64,000 nucleotides of DNA, taken from the IMG/VR virus record IMGVR_UViG_3300014204_005796, positions 32,001-96,000 of that record, one strand, 5' to 3'. The stretch's first letter is position 1. Every line of letters starts with the position of its first letter. This document shows positions 1 to 10,481 of the stretch, piece by piece. Origin of the DNA: a virus. Taxonomy: Duplodnaviria; Caudoviricetes. The translations under genes were made by a program, and so were the position numbers. Under the pieces are notes generated by a model. It saw only the letters and a list, made by a program, of their open reading frames with translations, searched no databases and had not been told where the DNA came from.

Positions 1-60
1 ACAGAAAGTTAGAGAAGTTTTAATTACATTCTCATATGTTAGTGCGCTTTAAGGTGACAT

Positions 61-837
61 ATGAATAGAATTGCTATTAAGCAGTACCTAAAGAACGTTA
101 GAGCAGAAGCGGGGTCTACGCAAGTAGACCCTGCCCAGCTCGCTAAGGGTATTGAAGTAGAGAAGGAACATACGAGTACATATAATGCACTTCGTAAGAA
201 CCCATCTATGCCAAATTCTGCTGCGCAGGCCCTTACAACCATAGATCATTTACAGGAATTTCCGGGAAAGCCTTACTACACAGAGCTTGAAAAGCTTGAG
301 GAAAAGCTCCGTGGTAAGAAGTCGTCGGTATTCTTTCACAACAAATTAATTCTTACTGCAATAGCCAGAGAGTCCGACTTTAAGAAGGAGATACCGCAGA
401 GCGTTAGGCAGATTGTGGAAAAGGACCCTCAAAAAGTTCACGAACTTTCAAAGCAAATGCGCCCATTTTTTGAGTCCGTAACTCCTAGGCAGTCTCAACC
501 ACAAGGCAATGCGTACCAGCGGTTTATTCAAGAACAGATGGCTAAACAGCAACAAGCGCGTGAGCCTATTAAAGAGACACTGCGGAAGAATCTTTTGTCT
601 ATGCAAAATGAGGTAAATGCATCTAACTTAGACAACATAACACGCTTGGAAAATGCAAATGCGCGTTTAGAGGCTAATCCCCAGGACTGGACGGCACTTA
701 CAGACTTTATTGGGCAGCAGCTTATTTCAGCATTACAGAAACATACATTGTATGATCCAAAAAGCCTTCTACAAGCGTTAGTGCATAACAATGGGAGTCT
801 TAAGGCATTGTTAGCAACCGACGACTACCTTAAGTAA
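61..837 (+). CDS. DUF5661-like phage protein (probably virion-associated)
   Basis: KGIEVEKEHT...IDHLQE...YYTELEKLE signature; lies in the structural operon. Confidence 0.6.
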   Translation: MNRIAIKQYLKNVRAEAGSTQVDPAQLAKGIEVEKEHTSTYNALRKNPSMPNSAAQALTTIDHLQEFPGKPYYTELEKLEEKLRGKKSSVFFHNKLILTAIARESDFKKEIPQSVRQIVEKDPQKVHELSKQMRPFFESVTPRQSQPQGNAYQRFIQEQMAKQQQAREPIKETLRKNLLSMQNEVNASNLDNITRLENANARLEANPQDWTALTDFIGQQLISALQKHTLYDPKSLLQALVHNNGSLKALLATDDYLK

Positions 838-844
838 GGACAAT

Positions 845-1420
845 ATGAGCACATATTACGAGGAGCACAAAGAGTCTATAACGAAGCGCGTGGAGGCTTA
901 CCGCAAGTCTTTGAATGGTCGCGCTAAGATAAAGGCGCGACAGCAATCGGCACACGGTAAAGCTGTTAGAAAGGCGTATGACCAAAAACCGAAGGCGCAA
1001 GCATATCTCAAAAAGTACAGGCGTTCTCCAGAACGTATGATGGCTGCCGAGCTATACAGAAATACAGCGCGTAGTAAGGCGTCTAGGGCGGCATATTGGG
1101 CTAAGCCGGAGAATCGTCGGCGTTTGTATGAAGCAAAGCTAGCACGGAAAAAGCATTGTGAGATCATTGAACCTGTGAACAAAGAATTATTGATCTTTAG
1201 CCACCAGGGGCGATGTGTGTACTGCGGAAAAGACATAAAGAATGATCGGCATACGCATATTGATCACATGATCCCAGTGTCCAGATATGGGAAGAGAGGA
1301 AAGAAGTTTCCTTATAAGTATAGCACGGTTGTTCCTTCGTGTGCGCCGTGTAATATACGAAAGAAAGATAGAACGCCACTAGAATTTATGTGGCAAGAAA
1401 ATTTACAGGAGGTAATTTAA
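845..1420 (+). CDS. HNH endonuclease (free-standing homing type)
   Basis: CVYCG...HIDHMIP...SCAPCNIRK; basic helical N-terminus. Confidence 0.9.
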   Translation: MSTYYEEHKESITKRVEAYRKSLNGRAKIKARQQSAHGKAVRKAYDQKPKAQAYLKKYRRSPERMMAAELYRNTARSKASRAAYWAKPENRRRLYEAKLARKKHCEIIEPVNKELLIFSHQGRCVYCGKDIKNDRHTHIDHMIPVSRYGKRGKKFPYKYSTVVPSCAPCNIRKKDRTPLEFMWQENLQEVI

Positions 1421-1421
1421 C

Positions 1422-1952
1422 ATGGCAATAGGCCAAATTCTTGGACCGAGCGCACCAGGCGTAAGCACGCAAACAGTTTTCAGTCTTCAGATCGCGATTG
1501 GGCAGTGGGATAACGACCAGCCGGACGTACAGATTGGTACCGCTACGGAAGTCACACCGAATCAGGAGCGCACAAATACCTTAATAGGTGGAGTTGGCAT
1601 TGGCGATCGCATTATGGAGATCGTCCCTGGTAGAACAAAATACTCTGTAACACTTAGGAAATTTTCTTTGTGGACAAAGAGACTTGCAGAAATCTTTGGG
1701 TACAACAAAGATTTTAGAATGCTGGCTGAGATGCAGAAACCTTTTGATATCAAGGTTTATCACGTTAATCCTAACCCGGATAACCAGGGTGGAGAAATTG
1801 AAGTAACAATCTATAGAGATTGCGTAATTAAGTCTTGGAGACGCAGGCAGGAGTGGGCAGACGAAGTTGTTATTGCCGATGAAGTTGAAGTCGACGTAAC
1901 TTCCATACATGCTAACAAGGAACTTTGGCCCAAGCTTAACGACTTGTTTTAA
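1422..1952 (+). CDS. tail tube protein
   Basis: 176 aa, beta-rich, EIVPG and YRDCVIKSW motifs; directly upstream of chaperone and tape measure; GGAGG SD. Confidence 0.7.
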   Translation: MAIGQILGPSAPGVSTQTVFSLQIAIGQWDNDQPDVQIGTATEVTPNQERTNTLIGGVGIGDRIMEIVPGRTKYSVTLRKFSLWTKRLAEIFGYNKDFRMLAEMQKPFDIKVYHVNPNPDNQGGEIEVTIYRDCVIKSWRRRQEWADEVVIADEVEVDVTSIHANKELWPKLNDLF

Positions 1953-1973
1953 ACTTTAGAAGGGAGCGCACAA

Positions 1974-2339
1974 ATGAGCGCACTAACTGATTTAAAGAAA
2001 TTGGTCATGGAAGGTCTGTTGGAAAAAGAAGTGGATATTGCCATTAAGGATAAGACGTTCAAAATCACGTTAAGCACCGTTACGCTTATAGAGGACCTTA
2101 AAGTGATGAGCGACGCCGGTTTAACCGCGGCGCCGCAGAACGACATAGAGTCCTTAAATTACATTATGGCTCTTCTCCCCTATGCGATTAAAAAGATAAA
2201 TGGGGAAGCTGTTGTACCCGAACAAGTCAGAGATATTGTTGGCTTGATGGATGGTACTAGTATTGGAGACATATATGGGGCTTACGTGGCTTTACATACG
2301 AAAGAACTACAGGCCGGTGCAGAACTAAAAAACTCGTAA
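1974..2339 (+). CDS. tail assembly chaperone (gpG-like)
   Basis: between tube and TMP; ends ELKNS* on slippery A AAA AAC. Confidence 0.75.
   Translation: MSALTDLKKLVMEGLLEKEVDIAIKDKTFKITLSTVTLIEDLKVMSDAGLTAAPQNDIESLNYIMALLPYAIKKINGEAVVPEQVRDIVGLMDGTSIGDIYGAYVALHTKELQAGAELKNS
2327..2333 (+). other. -1 programmed ribosomal frameshift site (A AAA AAC)
   Basis: X XXY YYZ heptamer in frame; the -1 frame is open from here into ORF 2417-2734. Confidence 0.8.
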
Positions 2340-2734
2340 ACGATCCTGAATCCCGAGTACTTTGGAAGTATATTCAAACCGCAGTCGGGGTCGTTAATGA
2401 AGAAAGATTCAGCGGTTTGCAGCGTACACCTAATAAATGGCAGATAGAGTGGACGTTTTTTAATTTGTTAGTTGATGAAGGCAAGAAGCCGGACGAAATT
2501 GAGGCCATGGTGAACAACAAAATTGATAATTTTCCGGATTATTTCTTTTTTGAGCTTACCAAAATTGGCATGTCTGTTCTCGACATAGCTAAAAAAATGA
2601 ATACAACACCGGCCGAAGTCGAGAAACGCTTAACGAGGTACACCGAATTAGCAACGATGTTCAATCCGCTAAAGACCAAACTTGACGCAAAGATTAAGGC
2701 TGCCGCTAAACGCGACGTAGCAAACATAGGATAA
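2330..2734 (+). CDS. frameshift extension of tail chaperone (gpT-like)
   Basis: -1 frame reads KLVNDPESRVLWKYIQ... continuously into the ORF called at 2417. Confidence 0.7.
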   Translation, partial: KLVNDPESRVLWKYIQTAVGVVNEERFSGLQRTPNKWQIEWTFFNLLVDEGKKPDEIEAMVNNKIDNFPDYFFFELTKIGMSVLDIAKKMNTTPAEVEKRLTRYTELATMFNPLKTKLDAKIKAAAKRDVANIG

Positions 2735-2737
2735 CCC

Positions 2738-4393
2738 ATGGCAGATATAGCCGCTTTACAGAAACTAGTAGAGGAATTAAACTCGGCCCTAAAGAACCTG
2801 CAGGGTGCATTTGACACAGGTGACTCAGCTAAGCAAATGGAAGCTATGCTGAACAACACTAAGGATATGGCCACGATTTATCGCGTGCTTAATACCTTGT
2901 CAGAGCAACAGAATGAAACTTTAGTGAAGGGCAATAAAGCGTTAACCAGTGCTTACCAAGGTGCACGTAAGATAGTTGAGACTAATAAAGCTAACGTGTC
3001 CGCCCAGCTGCACCAATTAGGCTTGGCCGTGGGCATCTCAAGTGAAAAGCAACAGCAACTTGCTGCTGCCAAGGATATTTGGCGTTGGACGGACAAGAGC
3101 AACGACCCTGAGTTAAAAGCTCTTACGAGATCACAACGCGTGGCACATTATACTCAATTTACAAGCAAAAATCTCGGTGAAGCTGTTTCACGCGTAGGTA
3201 AAATGGCTGCAAGTTTAGGGTCTGCTGAAAGTGCCGCTGCAGGTTTATCTGGAGGCGCTGCACAGCTTGCCACCATGGGAGTTTCTCGTGCGGTTGGCGC
3301 TATGGCCGGCGGGGGAGCTGCCGCAGTAGGCGGAGTGGCTTTTGGTATGGCCACAGTAGCCGTAGCTGCCGGGGCCACCATTTTAGCCGCACAGCTCAAG
3401 ATGTTATCGGTAAAGCTGGAGGGCGCTCGTGTAGCTTTTGGTAATACAGCAGATATTGCGGCTGCTTCTTCACAAATGAAGGAGTTTGGCGCTACTATAG
3501 GCAAGGCTGCCGCCTTACATAAAGTTTCTGCAGAGGAAGTAGGAGGAGCATTTAGGACAGTTATGTCTAAAATGCCTACTGATTGGGATAAGTTTTCAAA
3601 GTCTACCGGCATAGCTTCAGATTCTTTAGCAGGTATAAGAGGTTTTGCCGCAGCATTTGGTGTTGGCATGGAGGACACCGCAGGTGTGCTCACCACTTTG
3701 CGCAGCACATACAGACGTAACCAAACGTCCATGCGTAAAGAAGACCAAGCAACTTCGGATTTATATAAAGTGTATGCACAATCAACGAGGTTTGTCAAAG
3801 CCGAGATAGCCTCACGGTCGGCATCTTTGTCTGCTATTAAAGGAGCCTTTGAAGCAACAAGTCACTATAACCAGACGATGGAAGACGTAGGACGCGGTAT
3901 TGAGATGTTTTATAACAATACATACGCCGTAAAGCCGGCAACCGTTGCAGCGGCAGCACAACGATACCAGAACTTAACAGAAGCAACTGCGAATGTAAGC
4001 ATGGGCGCTAAAATGCTGTCTATGCCATCCGCCGGTATTGGCGCTATGTACAGATGGACCCAGATGAAGCCTAATGAACGTCAAGAAGCATTGCAAAGCG
4101 TTATGGGGAGCGCTTTTATGTTTAATGCGCAGGATAATGATATAACAAAATCTATTAAGATGCAGAATGCGGGTGCAATGTCAGGTATATCCGACCCCAC
4201 GGCACTTGTGGACTTATTAGGGCAAAAATCTGGTGACACTGCAAAAATTAGTGCCCAGGAAACTGCCCAAGCAACTTCAGACGTGGCAGAAAGCAGTGAA
4301 AAGCAGAAAGAGGCATATAAGCTAGCGGGTTCTGCTGTACTAGAGATAAGAAGTACATTAGCACAGATGTGGACGTGGATGTCTAACTTATAG
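2738..4393 (+). CDS. tape measure protein
   Basis: Ala/Gly-rich helical 551 aa with hydrophobic stretch, after the chaperone. Confidence 0.75.
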   Translation: MADIAALQKLVEELNSALKNLQGAFDTGDSAKQMEAMLNNTKDMATIYRVLNTLSEQQNETLVKGNKALTSAYQGARKIVETNKANVSAQLHQLGLAVGISSEKQQQLAAAKDIWRWTDKSNDPELKALTRSQRVAHYTQFTSKNLGEAVSRVGKMAASLGSAESAAAGLSGGAAQLATMGVSRAVGAMAGGGAAAVGGVAFGMATVAVAAGATILAAQLKMLSVKLEGARVAFGNTADIAAASSQMKEFGATIGKAAALHKVSAEEVGGAFRTVMSKMPTDWDKFSKSTGIASDSLAGIRGFAAAFGVGMEDTAGVLTTLRSTYRRNQTSMRKEDQATSDLYKVYAQSTRFVKAEIASRSASLSAIKGAFEATSHYNQTMEDVGRGIEMFYNNTYAVKPATVAAAAQRYQNLTEATANVSMGAKMLSMPSAGIGAMYRWTQMKPNERQEALQSVMGSAFMFNAQDNDITKSIKMQNAGAMSGISDPTALVDLLGQKSGDTAKISAQETAQATSDVAESSEKQKEAYKLAGSAVLEIRSTLAQMWTWMSNL

Positions 4394-4405
4394 GCAGGAG
4401 CAGCT

Positions 4406-5182
4406 ATGACAATAAATTTTAACTCCATACAAAACACTGCAGTATCAGGACTTAAAGGTAAACTTGACTTCTTTAATAGGGCCATGGAAACATTTGCTGC
4501 AGGACGTACGGACTTACTCGGCAATCCTGATCTTCCAGTAGGAGCGCGCTTAATAAGGTTTTCTGCGGTTACAACAGGTGGTTTAGCTTTATTCCCTTTT
4601 GTGCTGCTGCCGGTTAACCCCAAGCAGCTGAAAGTGCAACATAAAAAGAAAAGCAACTATCAGTATACCCTTGGAGGATTTGTACTTAACCACTGGCACG
4701 ATGACCTCACTACTATTACAGCTACCGGATATATACCCTCTATGATGAGTCGTTCTAAGCCATTTGCGGCGAGTTATTGGGCATTTTTATTTCTTCTGAA
4801 TCTATATAAGAGTAATGGACAGATAGTCACAAGTACGTCACAACCTATTAATATAAACATAGGAATCCAGGAGTCTCTAAAACCTACTATGCCTCAAGTA
4901 GCTGGAGGCGCCATGGCAGAGTCTGTAGGTACTGCAGATGCTCTGGCAATAAAATCAGATTCTATAACGGTAGACAGCCAATCTCTTCGTAACTCGGAAG
5001 TGCAATTAGCTTACCAAAATGACATCTACACAGGTATCTTTCTGGATTTTACTATAGAAGAAGACGAAGAACAGCCAAACACTCTACTATACTCCTTTAC
5101 GTTTATATCTCGTTTACACACAGACGTAATAGGTGGCATGCTGGGTTCAGCCACGCAGTCAATTTCCAGTATATTTGGATAG
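4406..5182 (+). CDS. baseplate/tube-initiator protein
   Basis: LPVNP...HWHDDLTTITATG and YTGIFLDFTIEEDEEQP..YSFTF motifs; follows TMP. Confidence 0.55.
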   Translation: MTINFNSIQNTAVSGLKGKLDFFNRAMETFAAGRTDLLGNPDLPVGARLIRFSAVTTGGLALFPFVLLPVNPKQLKVQHKKKSNYQYTLGGFVLNHWHDDLTTITATGYIPSMMSRSKPFAASYWAFLFLLNLYKSNGQIVTSTSQPININIGIQESLKPTMPQVAGGAMAESVGTADALAIKSDSITVDSQSLRNSEVQLAYQNDIYTGIFLDFTIEEDEEQPNTLLYSFTFISRLHTDVIGGMLGSATQSISSIFG

Positions 5183-5185
5183 CCA

Positions 5186-8100
5186 ATGAGTACAAAACCT
5201 AACTTCAATCAAACTACAGCAACTAGCACACCGGCAGACACGGGCATAATTGTTCAAGCGCCACAAATTTTTATATTAAAAAATAGTATAAATGTTTATT
5301 CAGGCGGTGTAACGGATAAGTCTATTTTGTCACAAAAAACCGCCGCGTCTCTTGAGCGTGCTAAGCTGGACAAGCAAACATATGACCTGACCAACATACA
5401 GATCGCTGGTGGAACAAATACAGCGCCTAACCAAGCTGTTCTTAAGTTTGCTGTTCCTACGACAGAACAGGACACCGAGAAGGTCACATTTATTTCCGAG
5501 TTAAACTTTAAGACCGCAGCACTTCGTTGGTCTCTTATGGATCATATAGAAATTTGGATTACACAAAACGTAGGCAGCCTTCCCTATATACGCTCATTTG
5601 TAGGTATGGTGGTAGCCATATCATTTGAGATAAAAGACAATATCTATACCTTTACGCTCGAATGCCAGGACATGTTTTATTGGCTTGACCGCGCGCGCAT
5701 TCGTACCCAGTGGTCAGAATTCGACGTTGCATTACAGCAACCGGGCTTATACTATGATAAGACAGAGGCTCAAAAGATTTTAGCCTATAAAAACCGTTTT
5801 AGCGGGCTAACGTTTAGACACATAATTGAGAAGGTATTATTTAATGTGCCCGCGAAAGATACAGTTACTAAGGACTCAAAATTTGATGATACGGCGCAGT
5901 TTGGCGCCGGGGGCAAAAACTTTGATGAGATAGAAAATGATGATATTATGTCTATTCCTACGTTATTTGCTGGAGACTACATGAGTATCTTATCTACGTT
6001 GCCCGGCAGTGTGCCAACGCAAAAGATAAACTATGATGATAACTATAGGTTGCACATAACTACCCTAGTGGCCGACAACGTGGAAAACTCCGGCTCTTCT
6101 GTAACCGACGGACAGAGTAAGTCGCCAAAAGACATAATTCGGCTGGCTTCTCGAGACCTTATGACACAGGACTTGAACGCAAACGCTATTAGCGGCGGCC
6201 AGTTCCCATCCCCGTTTGACTACATTGACTTACGTGCAGCACAGCGAAAGAACGCTACGGTTTTAAATATGTTTTGGGAACTTCAGTATAAGAAATTTTT
6301 GAAACAAAACTACATAGCTATGTATAGAAAGGAAGACATGGCGCTTCAGCCGTTTCCTTATGATACGACCGGTCAAATACCACTTATTTGGGAAGGAAAT
6401 TACACAACACGTTTGGAAGTACTTAACCAGCTGTCACAGTTAAGTATGTACGAAGTTTACCAGTCACCCCAGGGATTTATTTTTGTAAAACCCCCTATGT
6501 ACAATGCACCTCCGATTAATAGAATATATGCTGCAGAGATAGGTGACATAACACGTAAAGAAGACTTACGTAATGTTCTTACCGCAGCAACGACCCAGGG
6601 AGTTTGGGCGGCTAAAGGTTCAAAAGACGCCGGCATTCCTGAGCAGCTAATCCCACAGCAAGACTTCCCATTTTGTGCGGGTACTTACCAGATTTTGTTC
6701 CCTAAGGGGTATCAGGAAATACAGAGTAAAGGCACAGAAGATTTTACCGGCAAGAATTCCTTTAAAATATCAGTTCTTAACTATGCAGACTATACGAATA
6801 TCCTTGCGGAGTTAAATAAGGTGCGTGACCGCTTTGAAGCGTCTAAGTACACGCTTTCTCTAGAAGAAAATATTGGAGATAAGGCGCAGTCTTTCGACGT
6901 AACCACGTCGGGAGACTTTGTTACTAAAATTATGCTTTATAAGTTTTACCAAAAGGCTATTGACCCTAGTACCTTATCAGTAAAGCTCCTTCACGCCGGC
7001 AGCTATACCGCAGATGGTGACGCGAGTTCAGCGGAGCGCTATACACTAAAGGAATACTTTGAACAAATAAAAAATTTCTTATATGGACATGCCGCAGATT
7101 TTGGTACCACGCAGGGCGCCCTGGCAACTATAAATACGACTATATATACGTCTATACGACAAATTCTCTCAAGCAGGCCCCTTCCGACGTCTTCTGCAGG
7201 GGGTGACCAGCTCAGCGTGGAAGTGGCACGCCGTCAGGCAATAACGGCCTACTTATTTGATGGCCTTTGGTCAGACATAGCCGGCGCGTCTACCCCTACA
7301 GCTGCTACAAACGTTGGAATAGTCGGAGGAATTTCTATAAGCACAACAAACGTCGTTGTTGATGCAAGCGGAGCTGCCAGCACGCTTAATGCACATTCAG
7401 CAGTTGCAGGTTCTTTCGACGCTTGGGGAATCCAGCAACGGGTACGGGCCAGTAAGGATCCCATATGTGAATTACCTACGTTAATACTAAGTCTATCCGG
7501 TAAATACGTGCTTAAGTCACTGGGCAAGAGCAGTATAAGTACAGGCGAATACAATATGATGCAACATGGGTACAAAGACGCCAAACTTAATAATACACTG
7601 ATAAGGTCTAATCGTCAGGCTGCTGTATTTTCAAAGTACTATCTGTATAAAAATAACGCCATGGCAGAAGTTTTTAACATAAACTTGCGTACGTTACGTC
7701 CAGATATAGTACCCGGATTTCCTATTCTCAACACTATGGATTTTTGTGTATACTACGTAATGGCCGTTACACTGCAGGCAACCCCAGGTGGGGCTACTGC
7801 AACTAATCTACAGTGCATAGCCAGGCGTAGACCTGTATTTTGTAATACAAACAAAGTTAACCGTAACTTTAGTAATCCAGATATAACGCTGGCCACGCTT
7901 TCTACAGTGTCTCTTGATACGCCTTTGAGTGAGCTGCCCGATTATACAGCGGATTTGCAAGCGCTTAATAATTCAGCTTACGAATTTATAGGCTGGGAAA
8001 TGTATGGGCCTTCTGATAATGACTTAGGTGAAACCTTTTCTGCCCCATCTGGGGCATTTCTTCCACCATTTGGTGGTTACGTGTCAGGCCATAATGTTAA

Positions 8101-8767
8101 TACCACACCTTCAGGTGACAAAAAGTCTAATACTAAATCAGTGAGAAACATAACGTTTTACAAAATTCAGGATGCAAAGTCACCGGCAGCTACTTTAGAG
8201 AAAACGGCTACACAAATTGGGTCGGCGCTTTCATATAAACTTGAGGTTTTTCAAAACTCAAGCAACGCGTCGTCAACTACAGGAAACGGCGAGCAATTGA
8301 TAGGCCCGGCAGGTGTGGCTGCCCCTGGTATTGCAGATAACAGATCTAAAGGCTTTGCTACATTTGGATGGTGGGCAGTACGCGCGTCAAATATAGGCGG
8401 GATGTTATTTACGCCACTTAGCTCTATAACGGCACGTTATGGTAGTGACTTAGTTATAGTAAAGGACATGCAGGTTGACACAGCCGTTACTTTAAACGCC
8501 GGGTCAGCTTACTACACAGGAGTTTTACCTGCGAAAGGTTCAAAAGCTATACAGGCCTATAGTCAAGCCAGCCTGGAAAACATATTACAAAGTATGTTTT
8601 TTGGTCAAGCAATCATAAAGGATGGCCAAATAATACGCACGGACTTACGTGCAACCCAGGGAGGAGCTTACGACAGTCGTGTTCAGGCAGTACTGTCTAT
8701 ACTAGCTAAACAATCCCGGGGTATTGCAGCATTACGTTTAGCCGGCATAGATGTTGAGGAGGTATAA
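5186..8767 (+). CDS. baseplate hub protein with large insertions
   Basis: FVGMV...LECQD, YEVYQSPQGFIFVKPPMY and LRPDIVPGFP...YYV hub-type motifs; position. Confidence 0.6.
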   Translation: MSTKPNFNQTTATSTPADTGIIVQAPQIFILKNSINVYSGGVTDKSILSQKTAASLERAKLDKQTYDLTNIQIAGGTNTAPNQAVLKFAVPTTEQDTEKVTFISELNFKTAALRWSLMDHIEIWITQNVGSLPYIRSFVGMVVAISFEIKDNIYTFTLECQDMFYWLDRARIRTQWSEFDVALQQPGLYYDKTEAQKILAYKNRFSGLTFRHIIEKVLFNVPAKDTVTKDSKFDDTAQFGAGGKNFDEIENDDIMSIPTLFAGDYMSILSTLPGSVPTQKINYDDNYRLHITTLVADNVENSGSSVTDGQSKSPKDIIRLASRDLMTQDLNANAISGGQFPSPFDYIDLRAAQRKNATVLNMFWELQYKKFLKQNYIAMYRKEDMALQPFPYDTTGQIPLIWEGNYTTRLEVLNQLSQLSMYEVYQSPQGFIFVKPPMYNAPPINRIYAAEIGDITRKEDLRNVLTAATTQGVWAAKGSKDAGIPEQLIPQQDFPFCAGTYQILFPKGYQEIQSKGTEDFTGKNSFKISVLNYADYTNILAELNKVRDRFEASKYTLSLEENIGDKAQSFDVTTSGDFVTKIMLYKFYQKAIDPSTLSVKLLHAGSYTADGDASSAERYTLKEYFEQIKNFLYGHAADFGTTQGALATINTTIYTSIRQILSSRPLPTSSAGGDQLSVEVARRQAITAYLFDGLWSDIAGASTPTAATNVGIVGGISISTTNVVVDASGAASTLNAHSAVAGSFDAWGIQQRVRASKDPICELPTLILSLSGKYVLKSLGKSSISTGEYNMMQHGYKDAKLNNTLIRSNRQAAVFSKYYLYKNNAMAEVFNINLRTLRPDIVPGFPILNTMDFCVYYVMAVTLQATPGGATATNLQCIARRRPVFCNTNKVNRNFSNPDITLATLSTVSLDTPLSELPDYTADLQALNNSAYEFIGWEMYGPSDNDLGETFSAPSGAFLPPFGGYVSGHNVNTTPSGDKKSNTKSVRNITFYKIQDAKSPAATLEKTATQIGSALSYKLEVFQNSSNASSTTGNGEQLIGPAGVAAPGIADNRSKGFATFGWWAVRASNIGGMLFTPLSSITARYGSDLVIVKDMQVDTAVTLNAGSAYYTGVLPAKGSKAIQAYSQASLENILQSMFFGQAIIKDGQIIRTDLRATQGGAYDSRVQAVLSILAKQSRGIAALRLAGIDVEEV

Positions 8768-9477
8768 TGGATAACTTAAGACGTATGGTCGGAAAAGCTC
8801 TAAATACACCTAATAATAACTATGCAGGTATGTCGGAGTTGTTTCCAACGGAAGGACTTATAAAAGCAGTAGATAAGGATGCCTACACGGTAGACGTACA
8901 GACATCAGACGCGATATTTCATAATGTGGCGCTTCCTATATATGGCTATACCCGGGGTGCCGGGCTTTTTACCATGCCGTCTGTAAACGATTGGTGTCTT
9001 ATAATGCGAAACTCTCGCGGAGAAGCGTTTTTAATTAATACGTACTCTTTTGACGGGAAGACGGATTTAGGAGCACAGCACAGAGAGAATCCCGCGGAGG
9101 CCGCCTACATATTAAAGAGCCCAAAAGATATTACGTTGAAGGTTGAAACTTCTACAGAATCTGGTATACTTAACATTACGACAGACGATTCCGGGCGAGT
9201 TACTATGTCTTTATCTATAAATGCGCTGTCTAAGGACGCAGAGGGTAAGTTAGTAGTTGATGACCTACAGCAGCTGCCTAAGATAGTAATAAATGCAGAA
9301 GGTATACAATTAGATACAGGCGGCGCCCTTTCTACGATAGTAACTTTAGATATGCTAGAAGATGTTATTGGCTCAGGTGCACCGCTCCCTTATGATGGCG
9401 GTGCCCAAATAAGGACAGCCCAAGCACTAACTATTGAAACTATGAAGGGTTCTCCACCAAACAAAACGCAGGCTTAG
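8767..9477 (+). CDS. baseplate central spike (gpV/gp5 OB-fold)
   Basis: GLIKAVD..YTVDV...MPSVNDWCLI OB-fold pattern. Confidence 0.65.
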   Translation: MDNLRRMVGKALNTPNNNYAGMSELFPTEGLIKAVDKDAYTVDVQTSDAIFHNVALPIYGYTRGAGLFTMPSVNDWCLIMRNSRGEAFLINTYSFDGKTDLGAQHRENPAEAAYILKSPKDITLKVETSTESGILNITTDDSGRVTMSLSINALSKDAEGKLVVDDLQQLPKIVINAEGIQLDTGGALSTIVTLDMLEDVIGSGAPLPYDGGAQIRTAQALTIETMKGSPPNKTQA

Positions 9478-9496
9478 CTAAGGGAGGTAACGTGTC

Positions 9497-10471
9497 ATCG
9501 CCTTTGATATAGAGTACATACTAACAGCATGTGACCATAGAGTTAAAGATGAAGTTATAGCGGAAGCCTCTGCGCAGTCCGTCAATATGATTTCTGAATC
9601 TTCACGCTTTGGCGTATCCAACTTTGGAACAGCCAGGTTTGGTAGAAATATATATGCATACTTGGACCGTTATGGGCCTACAGGTACGTTTATAGAAAAT
9701 ACAAATGGAACTATCACGGCTATATTCAGTATACCAGGCACGGTTGCGGGTGCGCCAAAACTTTATGCCAACTTACCTGGGGAATATAAACGTACAGAAG
9801 TTCCTGCGTACTCAAAGACCGAAAATTCATCATCCTTGTACTTCGGGGATGAGCTATACTACGGTGAAGGTGAGCTTGATTATGGTGGGTCCGGTGTTGT
9901 GCCATCAAGCAGCATAAATGCAATTTGGTATGTTACGCATGAAGCAACTGTTATTGGAACCACGGCTGTTCCGGCCAATTCACTAGTTGTAAACAGGTAT
10001 GACAGTCGCTACAATTTAAGTTTAGATTTTAATATAGTACTCGAGCAGTGTCCTTTTTGTCAGGGTACTTCTGTTAAGAATGATCTTATATTAACACCAT
10101 TAGGCCGTTTGAGCAATGTATTCGATACAAATAAGCTAAGCCAGCAGGTCATGAAGGCTATTATGACACTCAAGGGTAAAAATATATTCTATCCATCATA
10201 TGGTACGATCATACCTGAAATAATTGGTGAAAATACATTGAATGGTTTTGTGCTGCGTGAGCAGATTGTATTGCAGCTAAGTGAAATAAAGCGTATGCAG
10301 CAACAGATTACAAGTCAGAATCCTGCGTTCTTTACTGCACGTGAACTATTGGAAGACGTCATAGGCGTTAAACTCACACCCCAGACCGACCCACGCATTT
10401 TCGGTCTAACTATTACTATAATGAATAAAGCCTTGGAACAGGTAAGTTCAAAAACTATGAAGATAGGCTAG
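9497..10471 (+). CDS. gp25-like baseplate wedge / sheath initiator
   Basis: KLSQQVMKAIMTLKGKNIFYPSYGT motif; CPFC; start probably upstream of the ATG at 9587 (see findings). Confidence 0.65.
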   Translation: MAFDIEYILTACDHRVKDEVIAEASAQSVNMISESSRFGVSNFGTARFGRNIYAYLDRYGPTGTFIENTNGTITAIFSIPGTVAGAPKLYANLPGEYKRTEVPAYSKTENSSSLYFGDELYYGEGELDYGGSGVVPSSSINAIWYVTHEATVIGTTAVPANSLVVNRYDSRYNLSLDFNIVLEQCPFCQGTSVKNDLILTPLGRLSNVFDTNKLSQQVMKAIMTLKGKNIFYPSYGTIIPEIIGENTLNGFVLREQIVLQLSEIKRMQQQITSQNPAFFTARELLEDVIGVKLTPQTDPRIFGLTITIMNKALEQVSSKTMKIG

Positions 10472-10481
10472 GAGGCACGTA

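Noticed and set aside
1-60. Late promoter upstream of the structural genes
   Set aside because: AT-rich, but only one instance is available, so no consensus can be supported.
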